From an uncultured Dehalococcoidales bacterium (GTDB taxonomy: Bacteria > Chloroflexota > Dehalococcoidia > Dehalococcoidales > CAZFRL01), in the NCBI GenBank assembly GCA_964521325.1, contig CAZFRL010000001.1, forward strand, positions 13,383-77,382: a DNA stretch of 64,000 nucleotides, given 5' to 3'. The position numbers and the translations under genes are program-made. The notes beneath the pieces were generated by a model. It did not search any database and was not told the origin of the DNA. It was given only the letters and a program-made list of their open reading frames with translations. Of the stretch, positions 9,428 to 19,313 are shown piece by piece; within the stretch, counting starts at the first letter, position 1; each line of letters opens with the position of its first letter.

Positions 9428-10636
9428 CTACTCTGCTATTGGGCGCTCTTTGAGTGGCTTAAAGGTTATACCCGATTCTACACCGGGTAGAGGAGCTACT
9501 GGTTCAGTTAATAAGAATTTTCCGCTTAGTATCCACTCTTTTAGAGTTTCGGCAATTTCTACCGCTCTTGAGTAGCTGGACAAGGAGGCAGTAGGCACCT
9601 CCCTATCCTGAATTACTACTTTGCCACTTTTCAATTGAGCATAGTTGACCTCACCCAGGATATCTGGCTTCAGATTTGAATAGGCGTTGGCATAATCTAC
9701 CACCGGGGCGAAAATATCACCATCAGTTACCGCAGTATAGGTTAAGATTTCTTCAGAGAGTATGGGGATAGGAACACCAATTCCTACTGCAAGGGTACAA
9801 CCATAGCCTAACATACTGATTCCTAACAGCCATCGTGGCTTCATCTGCTTCAAATCGCCTATTACTGAGAGCGCTCCGGCACCTCTCCTCGGCACCCCGT
9901 TCTCAGAGCGGAGCACACTTGGGTCATGTTGAGTGCCGTGCCAGGCGACGAAGCCTATCCCACCGCCAAGGAATATTTTTGTGCCGATACCAATGGTCTT
10001 ATAATATGGGTCATTTAGCAGTGGTGAGAGCTGTCCGGCACTGGAGTAATTAGCATTACCCAGGTTAGGTTTTAACACACCCATATAGGTATAAATTGTC
10101 TTATCGGAGAGATTAACTGCCACATTATAGTTCTGGTAAGCGTTCCTCAGATTAAATAGCACTGCTTGGTTGAGGTCTTGTATATTAATCCAGGTTTCAA
10201 GCCTTTTTCTGGGGTAACAATCTGTGCCGTAAGCGCTGGCTATCAGTCTAATATCCCTGCCGGCGGCAAGTTCCTCGATTACATGTCCACCACCGTAATT
10301 GAACTCGCCGGGATGGACTTTATTTCTGGGGTCATCATCAGGCAGGGCATTAGCCCCGATAAATATATCTACCGCAGCAAACGCCGCATAAGCCGGGACA
10401 TCATTAAGATAGACTCTGCCACCGCCAAGCTTTATTCGTGGCTTAGCGTGTCCAATGTTAAGGTAGGCACCAGATGAGCACATAGGACCAAAGGTGCCGG
10501 TAGTAACTACATCCACTTCCTGGGCTGCCTTTTTTACACCCTTCTGTTTAACCAGGTCTATTATCTCTTCAGCAGTAACTACTACCGCTTTGCCCTGTTG
10601 TATCTTCTCGTTTATTTCTTCAATCGTTTTTGCCAT
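9428..10636 (-). CDS. COG1900/DUF39 homocysteine biosynthesis protein (MA1821-like)
   Basis: 402 aa; VVTTGTFGPMCSSGAYLN and NYGGGHVIEEL are characteristic of DUF39. Confidence 0.8.
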   Translation of the reverse strand: MAKTIEEINEKIQQGKAVVVTAEEIIDLVKQKGVKKAAQEVDVVTTGTFGPMCSSGAYLNIGHAKPRIKLGGGRVYLNDVPAYAAFAAVDIFIGANALPDDDPRNKVHPGEFNYGGGHVIEELAAGRDIRLIASAYGTDCYPRKRLETWINIQDLNQAVLFNLRNAYQNYNVAVNLSDKTIYTYMGVLKPNLGNANYSSAGQLSPLLNDPYYKTIGIGTKIFLGGGIGFVAWHGTQHDPSVLRSENGVPRRGAGALSVIGDLKQMKPRWLLGISMLGYGCTLAVGIGVPIPILSEEILTYTAVTDGDIFAPVVDYANAYSNLKPDILGEVNYAQLKSGKVVIQDREVPTASLSSYSRAVEIAETLKEWILSGKFLLTEPVAPLPGVESGITFKPLKERPIAE

Positions 10637-10675
10637 GTCTTTAACCTTGAGGCGATTACGGAATACTAGCCTTAC

Positions 10676-10948
10676 TTATTTCGCTTCTTTAAACTTTTTG
10701 AAAATATCGAGCACCTTTTTACTATAAGGTATCTCCTGGTAGGCAACATCGCAAGGAAACTGGGGACATCTGAGACAATAATCAACCTTGTTCTTTATGG
10801 CGCACTCAAGCATCGGGCAGGGCATCCCTACCATTTGCTTTATCTTTTCCAATCTTTCCGGAGCCTTTGGGTCTGTTCCGGGAAGACATCCCCCACATAC
10901 CTCCTTTAGTCCGCATACTTCACAAGCCATACCACATGCTGCTGGCAT
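10676..10948 (-). CDS. Small cysteine-rich protein (DUF3795-like)
   Basis: 90 aa with CGMACEVCG...CGGC...CP..EC...CLRCPQFPC pattern. First gene after the minus-strand promoter at 11003-11031. Confidence 0.4.
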   Translation of the reverse strand: MPAACGMACEVCGLKEVCGGCLPGTDPKAPERLEKIKQMVGMPCPMLECAIKNKVDYCLRCPQFPCDVAYQEIPYSKKVLDIFKKFKEAK

Positions 10949-11002
10949 TGGTGGTTACCTCCTTTCGGGTTGTTACACGCTTCGTAACCGCCTCTCAATA
11001 TG

Positions 11003-11031
11003 ATGATAGTATTAAACGTCGGGCTTGTCAA
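11003..11031 (-). promoter_or_regulatory. sigma70-type promoter for the minus-strand sulfur/NAD/thiamine gene string
   Basis: Minus strand reads TTGACA (11026-11031), 17 nt, TATCAT (11003-11008); about 50 nt upstream of the 10948 start. Confidence 0.45.
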
Positions 11032-11041
11032 TTTACCCAAG

Positions 11042-11070
11042 TTGAAGAGCACCCGCTTATAAGCTATAAT
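11042..11070 (+). promoter_or_regulatory. sigma70-type promoter for aspS-tig-clpP
   Basis: TTGAAG (11042-11047), 17 nt, TATAAT (11065-11070). Confidence 0.5.
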
Positions 11071-11098
11071 CAGCTATGAAGTTCCACATTGGTAGGAG

Positions 11099-12898
11099 AT
11101 GATTTTGCTCAAGACCCATAGCTGTGGTGAGCTTCGGAAGAAGCACGTTGGTGATAAGGTAACCCTGGCTGGTTGGGTAGACCGGCGCCGAGACCATGGG
11201 GGATTAATCTTCATTGACCTCCGAGATAAAGAGGGCATAGTTCAGGTAGTATTCAACCCGGAAATATCGAAGCCATGCCATGATATAGCTAACCAGATGC
11301 GCAGTGAATATGTTGTCAGGGCTAGTGGTGAGGTTGCCCTCCGTCCTCCGGGGACTGAAAATCCAAAGCTGCCCACCGGTGACGTTGAGGTTATCGCCCA
11401 TAATACCGATATACTGAATTCTTCAAAAACACCACCTTTCTATATAAATGAGGATATAGAGGTTGAGGAAAGCCTCCGTCTTAAGTACCGCTATCTCGAC
11501 CTGCGGCGGGCTCGGATGAAAGAAAACCTGCTCCTTCGTCATCGAGTAGTGAAATTTATGCGTGATTTCTTGGATGCCAGGGGGTTTATTGAGGTAGAAA
11601 CACCTATCTTGATTAAGAGCACCCCTGAGGGGGCTCGCGATTACCTGGTGCCCAGCCGTCTTCACCCCGGAGAGTTCTATGCCCTGCCTCAGTCTCCGCA
11701 GCAACTCAAACAATTATTAATGGTAGCTGGCGTGGAGAAATACTTTCAGATAGCCAAGTGCTTTCGTGATGAGGACACCCGGGCTGACCGTCAGCCCGAA
11801 TTTACTCAGCTTGACCTGGAAATGAGCTTCGTTGAGGAAGAAGACATCCTTAACCTGCTCGAAGAGCTCTTCACCTCTATGGTGGAGGTGCTTAAACCTG
11901 AAATGCGAATAATAAAACCTTTCCCTCGTCTTAGCTATGCTGATGCGATTGAGCGTTATGGTACGGATAAACCAGATTTGCGCTTTGGTCTAGAGATGAG
12001 AGACCTGTCAGACATCGTTGCCCAATCTGACTTTTCTATTTTCCGTTCGGCTATTGCTAACGGGGGTGAGGTAAAGGGTATATGCGCCCCCGGCTGTGCT
12101 AACTATACCCGCAGTCAGCTTGACGAACTAAATAAGATGGTGCAAGGTTTTGGTGCTGAAGGGCTGGTAACTATGTCACTGGGCACGTCTACCGGTAGTT
12201 TAAGTGATTTAACCATTGAGATGGTAAGGTCGGTAGCGGCTAGGTTTCTAACCTTAGACCAGATTAAGAAAATGGCAGAACGTTTGGCAGCAAATATGGG
12301 AGACCTTCTGCTTATCATTGCTGGTAAGCCAAACTTGGTTGATATGGCACTGGGCGAGCTGCGTCGGGAGATGGGGTATCGGCTTAATCTTGCCGAGCCT
12401 GGTTTGCTCGTCTTTGCCTTTATCGTGGGTTTCCCCTTATTAGAGCGGAATGAGGAAACAGGTCATTGGGAGCCGATGCATCATCCATTCACAGCGCCCT
12501 GGGATGAAGATGTACCGTTACTGGATATTGCCCCGGAAAAGGTGCGAGGGAAACATTATGATATGGTATGCAATGGGTATGAAATTGCCGGTGGCAGTAT
12601 CAGGATTCATACCGGTAAGCTCCAGAGGAAGATATTTAGACTCCTGGGTTATAGCGATAAAGAGGTTGAGGAACGTTTCGGACATTTGTTAGAGGCTTTT
12701 GACTATGGCGCCCCGCCTCATGGTGGCATAGCCCCTGGTCTTGACCGCATTGTAATGCTGCTGGCAGGGGAGGAAAACATCAGGGAGGTAATTGCCTTTC
12801 CCAAGAATCAGAGCGCTGTTGATTTAACCTTTAATGCCCCGGCGCCAGTTAGCGAAGCGCAGCTAGCTGAATTACACTTACGTCTGCAGGAGGAGTAA
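11099..12898 (+). CDS. aspS: Aspartate--tRNA ligase (bacterial type)
   Basis: 599 aa; THSCGELR, FIDLRD, class II motifs FRDED...RQPEFTQLD and GGSIRIH...GLDR. The start could be the TTG at 11105, since the SD GGAGA abuts the ATG at 11099. Confidence 0.95.
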   Translation: MILLKTHSCGELRKKHVGDKVTLAGWVDRRRDHGGLIFIDLRDKEGIVQVVFNPEISKPCHDIANQMRSEYVVRASGEVALRPPGTENPKLPTGDVEVIAHNTDILNSSKTPPFYINEDIEVEESLRLKYRYLDLRRARMKENLLLRHRVVKFMRDFLDARGFIEVETPILIKSTPEGARDYLVPSRLHPGEFYALPQSPQQLKQLLMVAGVEKYFQIAKCFRDEDTRADRQPEFTQLDLEMSFVEEEDILNLLEELFTSMVEVLKPEMRIIKPFPRLSYADAIERYGTDKPDLRFGLEMRDLSDIVAQSDFSIFRSAIANGGEVKGICAPGCANYTRSQLDELNKMVQGFGAEGLVTMSLGTSTGSLSDLTIEMVRSVAARFLTLDQIKKMAERLAANMGDLLLIIAGKPNLVDMALGELRREMGYRLNLAEPGLLVFAFIVGFPLLERNEETGHWEPMHHPFTAPWDEDVPLLDIAPEKVRGKHYDMVCNGYEIAGGSIRIHTGKLQRKIFRLLGYSDKEVEERFGHLLEAFDYGAPPHGGIAPGLDRIVMLLAGEENIREVIAFPKNQSAVDLTFNAPAPVSEAQLAELHLRLQEE

Positions 12899-12910
12899 CT
12901 TATCAGTTAA

Positions 12911-14233
12911 ATGAAAGTGACCAAAGACAAAACAGAAAATAGCCAAGCGTTTCTGACTATTGAGATGGAGCCGACTGAGGTAGAAGAGTCGTTAGAGAAG
13001 TCGTATTACCGTTTGGCTAAGAAAACGAATGTTCCCGGCTTCCGTAAGGGAAAGGTGCCACGGGATGTACTGGAACGCTATATAGGTAAAGAAGGCTTAC
13101 TTGAGGATGCACTAAAGTATCTTGTTCCTCAAGCTTATGAGAAAGCCATCAAAGAGGCGGAAATCGAGCCTTTCGCTCAGCCGTCCATTGAAATAGCTCA
13201 AACTGACCCCTTGGTGTTCAAGGTAACAGTCCCTTTGCCGCCTACGGTTACGCTTGGTGACTACCACAATATACGACTTACGCCAGAACCGGTGGAAGTA
13301 GCTGAGGATGATATTAATGCTGCAATAGAACAACTACGACATCAGCACGCTATTTGGGAGCCTGCAGAGCGTCAAGTAAACTCTAATGATTTAGTGGTCT
13401 TAGATGTTGAAGGCAATATTGAAGGTGAGCCTTTTGTAAACCAGAAGGGGGTTCAGTATCAGGTTCTTCGTGACCAACCTGTCCCGGCACCGGGGTTTGC
13501 CGAGCAGTTAATAGGGATGAAACGGGATGAGGATAAGGAGTTCAAGCTCCAGTATCCTTCAGATTATTCTAGAAGTGAGCTGGCGGGGAAAGAGCCTTCG
13601 TTTAAGGTGAGGGTTATCGAAATAAAGCAGGAGAGGCTTCCCGAGCTAAATGATGAGTTTGCTAAAGAAATTGCCCCCGATATAGAAACCATGGACTCGC
13701 TCCGAGAGCAGGTTTCTACTCAGTTACGACTTAGAGCTGAAGAGAAAGCCAAGACGGATTTTGAGGAACGGGTGATTGAAGCCGTGGCTGATGTTAGCCA
13801 GGTGGAATTTCCGCCAATTTTGGCAGAAGCGGAAATCGCCCAATTCATTAATCGGCAAGCCCAGAGCTTGCAGATGGGTGAAGGTGGTTTGGAGGAATAT
13901 CTTAAAAGGATTAACAAGACGGGGGAGGAGCTGCGAGAAGAGCTACGTCCGCAAGCAACAAAGAGAGTCACTCAGTCGCTGGTGTTGGGAAAGGTTGCCG
14001 AAGGGGAAAAGATTGAGGTTAGTGACTCTGATATAAATGCTGAGATTGAAAACTTGACAAGTAGCGCCACTGAGGATAAAGATAAGTTAAGGCAGTTTCT
14101 GGATAATCCACAGAGCCGTGATTCGATGAAGCGATTATTAATGACACGAAAAACTGTCCAGCGCCTAATGGATATAGCTAAAGGCTTAAATATGAATACT
14201 GAAAAAGTGCAGGAGGAGGATAAACATGAATAA
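12911..14233 (+). CDS. tig: Trigger factor
   Basis: 440 aa; N-terminal ribosome-binding GFRKGKVP motif. Confidence 0.9.
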   Translation: MKVTKDKTENSQAFLTIEMEPTEVEESLEKSYYRLAKKTNVPGFRKGKVPRDVLERYIGKEGLLEDALKYLVPQAYEKAIKEAEIEPFAQPSIEIAQTDPLVFKVTVPLPPTVTLGDYHNIRLTPEPVEVAEDDINAAIEQLRHQHAIWEPAERQVNSNDLVVLDVEGNIEGEPFVNQKGVQYQVLRDQPVPAPGFAEQLIGMKRDEDKEFKLQYPSDYSRSELAGKEPSFKVRVIEIKQERLPELNDEFAKEIAPDIETMDSLREQVSTQLRLRAEEKAKTDFEERVIEAVADVSQVEFPPILAEAEIAQFINRQAQSLQMGEGGLEEYLKRINKTGEELREELRPQATKRVTQSLVLGKVAEGEKIEVSDSDINAEIENLTSSATEDKDKLRQFLDNPQSRDSMKRLLMTRKTVQRLMDIAKGLNMNTEKVQEEDKHE

Positions 14234-14828
14234 CCAGCCAATGAATGTTATTCCTATGGTAATTGAGAGCGGAGCCAGGGGGGAGAGAGCTTTTGATATA
14301 TACTCGCTTTTGCTAAGAGAGCGTATTGTCATGTTAGGTATGCCGATTAATGACCAGGTGGCTAATGTTGTTATTGCTCAGCTTCTCTATCTGGAGCGAG
14401 AGGACCCCGATAAGGATATAAGCCTCTATATCCATTGCCCGGGTGGTATTATCAGTGCTGGTCTGGCTATTTATGACACGATGCAGCTGGTACGCCCTGA
14501 TGTATCTACTATCTGTGTTGGGCTGGCTGCCAGTATGGGGACACTTATTCTTTGTGCTGGAGCCAAGGGCAAACGCTATGCCTTACCTAACTCGACTGTC
14601 CACCTGCACCAGGCGTTTGGTGGTGCTCAGGGGCAGGCAGCCGACGTAGAAATCGCTGCCCGTGAGATTATGCGGATGCAAGAAGTAATTCGGGGTATTA
14701 TTGCCAAACACACCGATCAGCCGATGGAAAAGATAATCCACGACACCGACCGAGACTTTTACCTTAACCCTCAACAGGCAGTTGAGTATAGGATTGTGGA
14801 TGAAATCCTGAGCAAACCACCAAAATAA
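14226..14828 (+). CDS. clpP: ATP-dependent Clp protease proteolytic subunit
   Basis: [15 protein letters not shown] and GLAASMG (active Ser) with His/Asp context. 8-nt overlap with tig. Confidence 0.95.
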   Translation: MNNQPMNVIPMVIESGARGERAFDIYSLLLRERIVMLGMPINDQVANVVIAQLLYLEREDPDKDISLYIHCPGGIISAGLAIYDTMQLVRPDVSTICVGLAASMGTLILCAGAKGKRYALPNSTVHLHQAFGGAQGQAADVEIAAREIMRMQEVIRGIIAKHTDQPMEKIIHDTDRDFYLNPQQAVEYRIVDEILSKPPK

Positions 14829-14881
14829 CTACCCAAAAGCTTACTTTCGTAGCGGTAGAGGATTTTTAGTCAGTTTGCGAT

Positions 14882-15826
14882 ATGCACCCTTATGATTATC
14901 CCGGTAGCGAGACCCGTTTCCGGTTGCGCCTGAAGGAAGCAACACGGCGGTGGTCTCATTACCTCGTCACTTTCCCGACTGCTCACCCGACGCGCTATTG
15001 GGAGAATAATACTGCCTTGGGTGAGTATTTTGTACCGTCCAGTGGGGAGCGCTTTCCGCTTGTCATCTTACTCCATGGTCTGGGAGACCACTCAGTGCTA
15101 CCATGTCGGATATTAGCCCGGCATTTAGCCAGGAAGGGAATCGCCTGTTTCGTCTTATATCTTGTGTTTCACTCCCGTCGCACTCCGGAGGCTTTGAAGA
15201 CACAGCCTTTGAGTCTTACCGCGGGTGACTGGCTTGAAGTGTTTCAAGTTTCGGTCACTGATGTACGTCAGGTTATAGATTGGGCGAAGGGTCGGGAGGA
15301 GATAGATGACCAGCAGGTAGCGGTGTTCGGAATAAGCTTAGGTGGCTTTGTCTCCGCCATAGCTATGGGGATAGACAAGCGTATTATGGCTGGTGTGTTT
15401 ATGGTGACTGGAGGGAACCTGGAAGAGATAACCTGGGAGAGTAGGAGTCATGCCATACGGCGGGCGCATAGTTGCACGCAGGAAGAATGCCATAATGTCT
15501 ATGGAAGCTACCGCCAGTATCTGGCTGAGGTAAATCAGAAGGGATTTGAAAATGTTACTCCGGCTAAGGAGTGCTTTTTGTTTGACCCCACGACCTTTGC
15601 TCCTTATCTCCGTGGGCGTCCAGTATTGATGCTCAACGCCCGGTGGGATAACATTATTCCGAGGCAGTCTACACAGAGTTTTTGGGAGGCGTGCGGCAGA
15701 CCCCGTATTATATGGCTGCCGGCTAATCATATTACTATTTACCTGTGGCACCCGCTGATTAGGAGGGAAGTCACTACTTTCCTGCGGTCAACTTTCAGGA
15801 TGGAAGAAAGACCCTTACATAGTTGA
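14882..15826 (+). CDS. Alpha/beta hydrolase (dienelactone hydrolase-like)
   Basis: LLHGLGDH and nucleophile elbow GISLGG. Confidence 0.6.
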   Translation: MHPYDYPGSETRFRLRLKEATRRWSHYLVTFPTAHPTRYWENNTALGEYFVPSSGERFPLVILLHGLGDHSVLPCRILARHLARKGIACFVLYLVFHSRRTPEALKTQPLSLTAGDWLEVFQVSVTDVRQVIDWAKGREEIDDQQVAVFGISLGGFVSAIAMGIDKRIMAGVFMVTGGNLEEITWESRSHAIRRAHSCTQEECHNVYGSYRQYLAEVNQKGFENVTPAKECFLFDPTTFAPYLRGRPVLMLNARWDNIIPRQSTQSFWEACGRPRIIWLPANHITIYLWHPLIRREVTTFLRSTFRMEERPLHS

Positions 15827-15838
15827 CCAGATAAATAA

Positions 15839-16828
15839 CTATAATTCTTTCGTATAAAGTTCTCGGTAGCGTTGAGCTAGTTCAGTAGAGGTTGGGAAGC
15901 CCTGTCTTGTGCCTAGTTTAGTAACAGAGAAACGAGCTACAATATCACCAAGTCGGCCACACTCCTCGAGCCCTTTCCCTTTAAGCAGGCCATAGCTAAA
16001 TCCGGTGGCAAAAGCATCACCGGCACCGGTAGTATCTACCTCAGACCCTATATTTTGGCTGTTGGATTCGACTATATATTCACCTTCAGCGTGCTTGATG
16101 TAACAGGTAGCGGTAACTTTTTTATGGCTAACCCCGCTGCCTAGCTCTAGCCTTGTTCCTTTACCTAAGGTGACGGCAACAATTTGGCAACCTTGCCTGA
16201 GGCAACTTTCGGCTCCAGCTATAACCTCCTCCCCTGTCAATTGCCACAACTCATTCTGGTTGATAAAGAGGACATAGGTCCTACCCAGTATCGGAGCCAG
16301 AGCCTTGAGACCCTTGGCGGCATACAGTGCCCCGGGGGTAAAGCTAAGCTTAACCGATAAATCCAGTCTATCTATCAGCTTCGCTGATATTTTGAACTGC
16401 CTGTCATCAGCAAAGGAAGACAGGTGAAGCAATCTAGCCCGGTTTATATAGCTCAAATCCAGTTCATCTATTGTCAGTAGGTTATTGGCACCGGGCACAA
16501 CATAGAGGGAACGCTTGCCGAGCTTATCACTAAGACACAATACCGAACCTGTTTTTGCCTTGGGTTTTACCTTGATTTGACTGATATCTACTCCGACTTT
16601 TTGAAAGTCCTGCACCAATATTTTGCCTTCGGCATCATCACCAATAGCGCCAATAAAGCCGATGTTTACCCTGAGCTTGGCTAATCCGTAGATAGTATTG
16701 GCTGCTGAGCCGCCAGGAGATGATATTGACTCATTTACTACTGCCTCTCCATCATCAAGGATACGCTCAACCCGGTATATATGGTCTATATTCAGTGCTC
16801 CCAGTCCAACTACTTCAATATTGTTCAT
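15839..16828 (-). CDS. PfkB-family carbohydrate/nucleoside kinase
   Basis: GGSAANT N-terminal motif and DTTGAGDAFATGF C-terminal PfkB signature. Confidence 0.8.
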   Translation of the reverse strand: MNNIEVVGLGALNIDHIYRVERILDDGEAVVNESISSPGGSAANTIYGLAKLRVNIGFIGAIGDDAEGKILVQDFQKVGVDISQIKVKPKAKTGSVLCLSDKLGKRSLYVVPGANNLLTIDELDLSYINRARLLHLSSFADDRQFKISAKLIDRLDLSVKLSFTPGALYAAKGLKALAPILGRTYVLFINQNELWQLTGEEVIAGAESCLRQGCQIVAVTLGKGTRLELGSGVSHKKVTATCYIKHAEGEYIVESNSQNIGSEVDTTGAGDAFATGFSYGLLKGKGLEECGRLGDIVARFSVTKLGTRQGFPTSTELAQRYRELYTKEL

Positions 16829-16830
16829 AT

Positions 16831-17820
16831 TCAGCCTAGCTTACCGGCTTCCTCCCTGACTTTACGTCTTATTCTCTTATGAACCTCAATGACCTCATCT
16901 ATATTTTCTCTACCAGATAGCCAGTGGAAATAACTCCTGTCTCCGCTTCCTCCAATTTTCTCCTTTTCCTTTACTATTTTCTCTATCACCCTCCGATGAC
17001 CCTTTTGCCATGCTGGCAGCACCTCAGTTAGGTCACTGATAAATGTGGAAGCCAGGCTCATGGTTGAGTAGGGCAGGGCATATTCATTAGCATTAAAAGC
17101 AATAGCTAGCCCTCCCTCTTGCTCTACTGCCTGGAGCATCCTGAAATCGGTAATGCTATCGCCAACTACTACCCAGCTGGATAACGGTTGAGCATAAGTA
17201 TCAGCGAATCTATTCAGGGCAGCTACCTTGCGTCGTCCACCTACTGGCTTCACTTCTTTTATTGCCATGCCCAGGTTAGTAGTCGGCAGTTCCTCCCAGA
17301 AGAAGTGGTCTAAGCTCTGCTTGATTCGGTCATCATCGGCAACCGGGTGCATGGTCAATATATCTGCCTCAGCCTGCTGTAGCAGCTTGGTATCTTCTTT
17401 ACTTAAAGTTAGGCGAAATTTATCTAGAGGAAATGAAGTGCAAGCAACATTATGGGCATAAATACCCAGTTTCTGGGTAATGTGAGTGGCATATTGCTTA
17501 TAGCTGGTGCTGATACAGAATACCTTCCAGTTGCTATACTGGAGCCAGGAGATAAGCTTGTCGGCACCGCCAGTTAGCCCTGCTTTACTGGCGAGGCGAG
17601 CTATATTATCTTCTGAGATATTATGGAGTACCAGAAAGGGCACTATAAGAGCTAAGGTATCCCCTGGTTCATAGCCCTCTCTTTCTTCCAGCGTCAGCAG
17701 GTCATCATAGCGGCTGATAACCTCGAAAATCTTATCCCCGTTAGGGAAAAGCTTCATTAGCTCGTAGGCATTATCCTGAGGTGATAGCGGTCCTTCAAGG
17801 TCAAAACATATAAAGTTCAT
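16831..17820 (-). CDS. HAD-superfamily-like protein of unknown function
   Basis: Begins MNFICFDLEGPLS (DxE/DxD-type HAD motif I) and has a later VVGDSITD motif. From uncertain memory it resembles proteins annotated EhaR-like. Confidence 0.4.
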   Translation of the reverse strand: MNFICFDLEGPLSPQDNAYELMKLFPNGDKIFEVISRYDDLLTLEEREGYEPGDTLALIVPFLVLHNISEDNIARLASKAGLTGGADKLISWLQYSNWKVFCISTSYKQYATHITQKLGIYAHNVACTSFPLDKFRLTLSKEDTKLLQQAEADILTMHPVADDDRIKQSLDHFFWEELPTTNLGMAIKEVKPVGGRRKVAALNRFADTYAQPLSSWVVVGDSITDFRMLQAVEQEGGLAIAFNANEYALPYSTMSLASTFISDLTEVLPAWQKGHRRVIEKIVKEKEKIGGSGDRSYFHWLSGRENIDEVIEVHKRIRRKVREEAGKLG

Positions 17821-18644
17821 TATCGATTCACCTCTTTTACCTGTTCGTTTATCTCATCGGTCAAATTATAGCCGCTTATAGGATTCCCTTCAGCATCAAC
17901 GACTTTGCCCGCCATTATTTTAATTTTACCCTGGCTAAACGCCTTGAGGGTAGATGTTATTAGTGGGAATTCTCGAGCCAGCCCATGTTGCCGAATGAGC
18001 TTAAACAAGGGATTACTTTCGCCCGGCTCTCTTTTTATCGCTTCCACGGGATGCCCTTCTATTTCATCCCAATATCTATCAAATGGGTTGCCTCTAATGG
18101 AAAAGGTGCAGTAGGTTACCGGTGGGCCTTTGTCCAGTTCTGGGGTGACCAGGTGCATCATTACCCCTGTTTCCTCAGCCTTGCTGTCAATAAGTTGCCA
18201 GATTACCTCCTGCCAGCTTCCGGCAGGTCCGCCGGGGGCTGCCGGGTGAAGGTTAATCATATTGTATCTTCGGCACATCTCTTCTCCCACGATGAGCATG
18301 TAACCAGCCAGCACACACAGGTCAGGGTAAAAGTCTTGTAGCCGATTCATCACCTCTCTGTCGTAGTCAACTCTCCATGGTGGTAAGCTTTCTGACTGTC
18401 CCATAGTGAGATAGCCTTTCCCGGCTTTAAACTTGTGATAGGAGAAGCAGATAAGGGGGATATGATAATCCTGAGCCAGTCTGAGGAATAAATCGGTCTC
18501 TTCTGATTCGCCAGGCTCACGGTTACAGAAGATAAAGGCTATCTCAGCTTTAATCTTACCCAGCTTGATGTTGCTGTTTACTACCTGTAAAAGGTCTCTG
18601 GCTGCCTTATCTCTACCTGTGGAAAACCAGCCAATCCTATACAT
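17820..18644 (-). CDS. Formyltransferase-fold protein (PurN-like, atypical)
   Basis: IGWFSTGRD..., VLAGYMLIV and MINLHPAAPGGP resemble the PurN/Fmt N-terminal fold, but with a long insert and C-terminal extension (274 aa). Confidence 0.55.
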   Translation of the reverse strand: MYRIGWFSTGRDKAARDLLQVVNSNIKLGKIKAEIAFIFCNREPGESEETDLFLRLAQDYHIPLICFSYHKFKAGKGYLTMGQSESLPPWRVDYDREVMNRLQDFYPDLCVLAGYMLIVGEEMCRRYNMINLHPAAPGGPAGSWQEVIWQLIDSKAEETGVMMHLVTPELDKGPPVTYCTFSIRGNPFDRYWDEIEGHPVEAIKREPGESNPLFKLIRQHGLAREFPLITSTLKAFSQGKIKIMAGKVVDAEGNPISGYNLTDEINEQVKEVNR

Positions 18645-18654
18645 CGCTCACCAT

Positions 18655-19302
18655 CTATTTAAAATTACGCTTTAGCTTTGCCCAAGCGCTGCTAAAACGA
18701 ACTAGGGGGTTTGTTCTGTGCCCAAAAATCTTACCCTTGACTAGAGCGTTTAGAAATTCATCCTTGCCGTTGAATTCGGGCATCTCTACATAGGCATTAC
18801 CTATTTCACCAGGAGTATGGGCATCACTACCAGCACTTTTAGCAATGCCGTATTTCTCGGCGAAGGCTCTAGCTTTAGCTGAAGCCCGGAGAAGGGGACT
18901 TCTTGAGTTAAATACCTCTAGAATATCAATTTGCCCCACCAGTTCTTCTAATATCTTGCCACCTAACCCAATCCGTTTAAATGTATCGAACGGGTGTGGG
19001 ATGCATACCAGGGCATCTTGAGCCCTGATTCTGGATATTGTCTGTTCAATGGATAGACCGCTGGGTATGCCCTCTTTCAGAAACATACCCATTATCTCAC
19101 CATATGGAGTTAGAATCTCTTCAGCTACAATTACGGGGAAGGGGGCTAGGCTCTGCATCTTTAGTGCTCCCTCAATATTGCCATGGTCAGCTATGGCAAT
19201 GCAGTTTATCCCAATCTTCAAGCAGCGGTTGATAACCTGCTCCAGGGGCGTATTGCAATCCATTGAATATTCAGTGTGAATGTGGAGGTCAGCCTTTAGC
19301 AA
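18655..19302 (-). CDS. PHP-domain metal-dependent phosphoesterase
   Basis: ADLHIHTEYSMDC, IAIADHG and GSDAH motifs. Confidence 0.8.
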   Translation of the reverse strand: MLKADLHIHTEYSMDCNTPLEQVINRCLKIGINCIAIADHGNIEGALKMQSLAPFPVIVAEEILTPYGEIMGMFLKEGIPSGLSIEQTISRIRAQDALVCIPHPFDTFKRIGLGGKILEELVGQIDILEVFNSRSPLLRASAKARAFAEKYGIAKSAGSDAHTPGEIGNAYVEMPEFNGKDEFLNALVKGKIFGHRTNPLVRFSSAWAKLKRNFK

Positions 19303-19313
19303 TTTAGTTTATC

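Noticed and set aside
10949-11002. SAM or other riboswitch in the leader of the homocysteine-biosynthesis string
   Set aside because: The predicted leader is only ~50 nt with one short hairpin (GGTTAC...GTAAC), far shorter than known SAM riboswitch classes.
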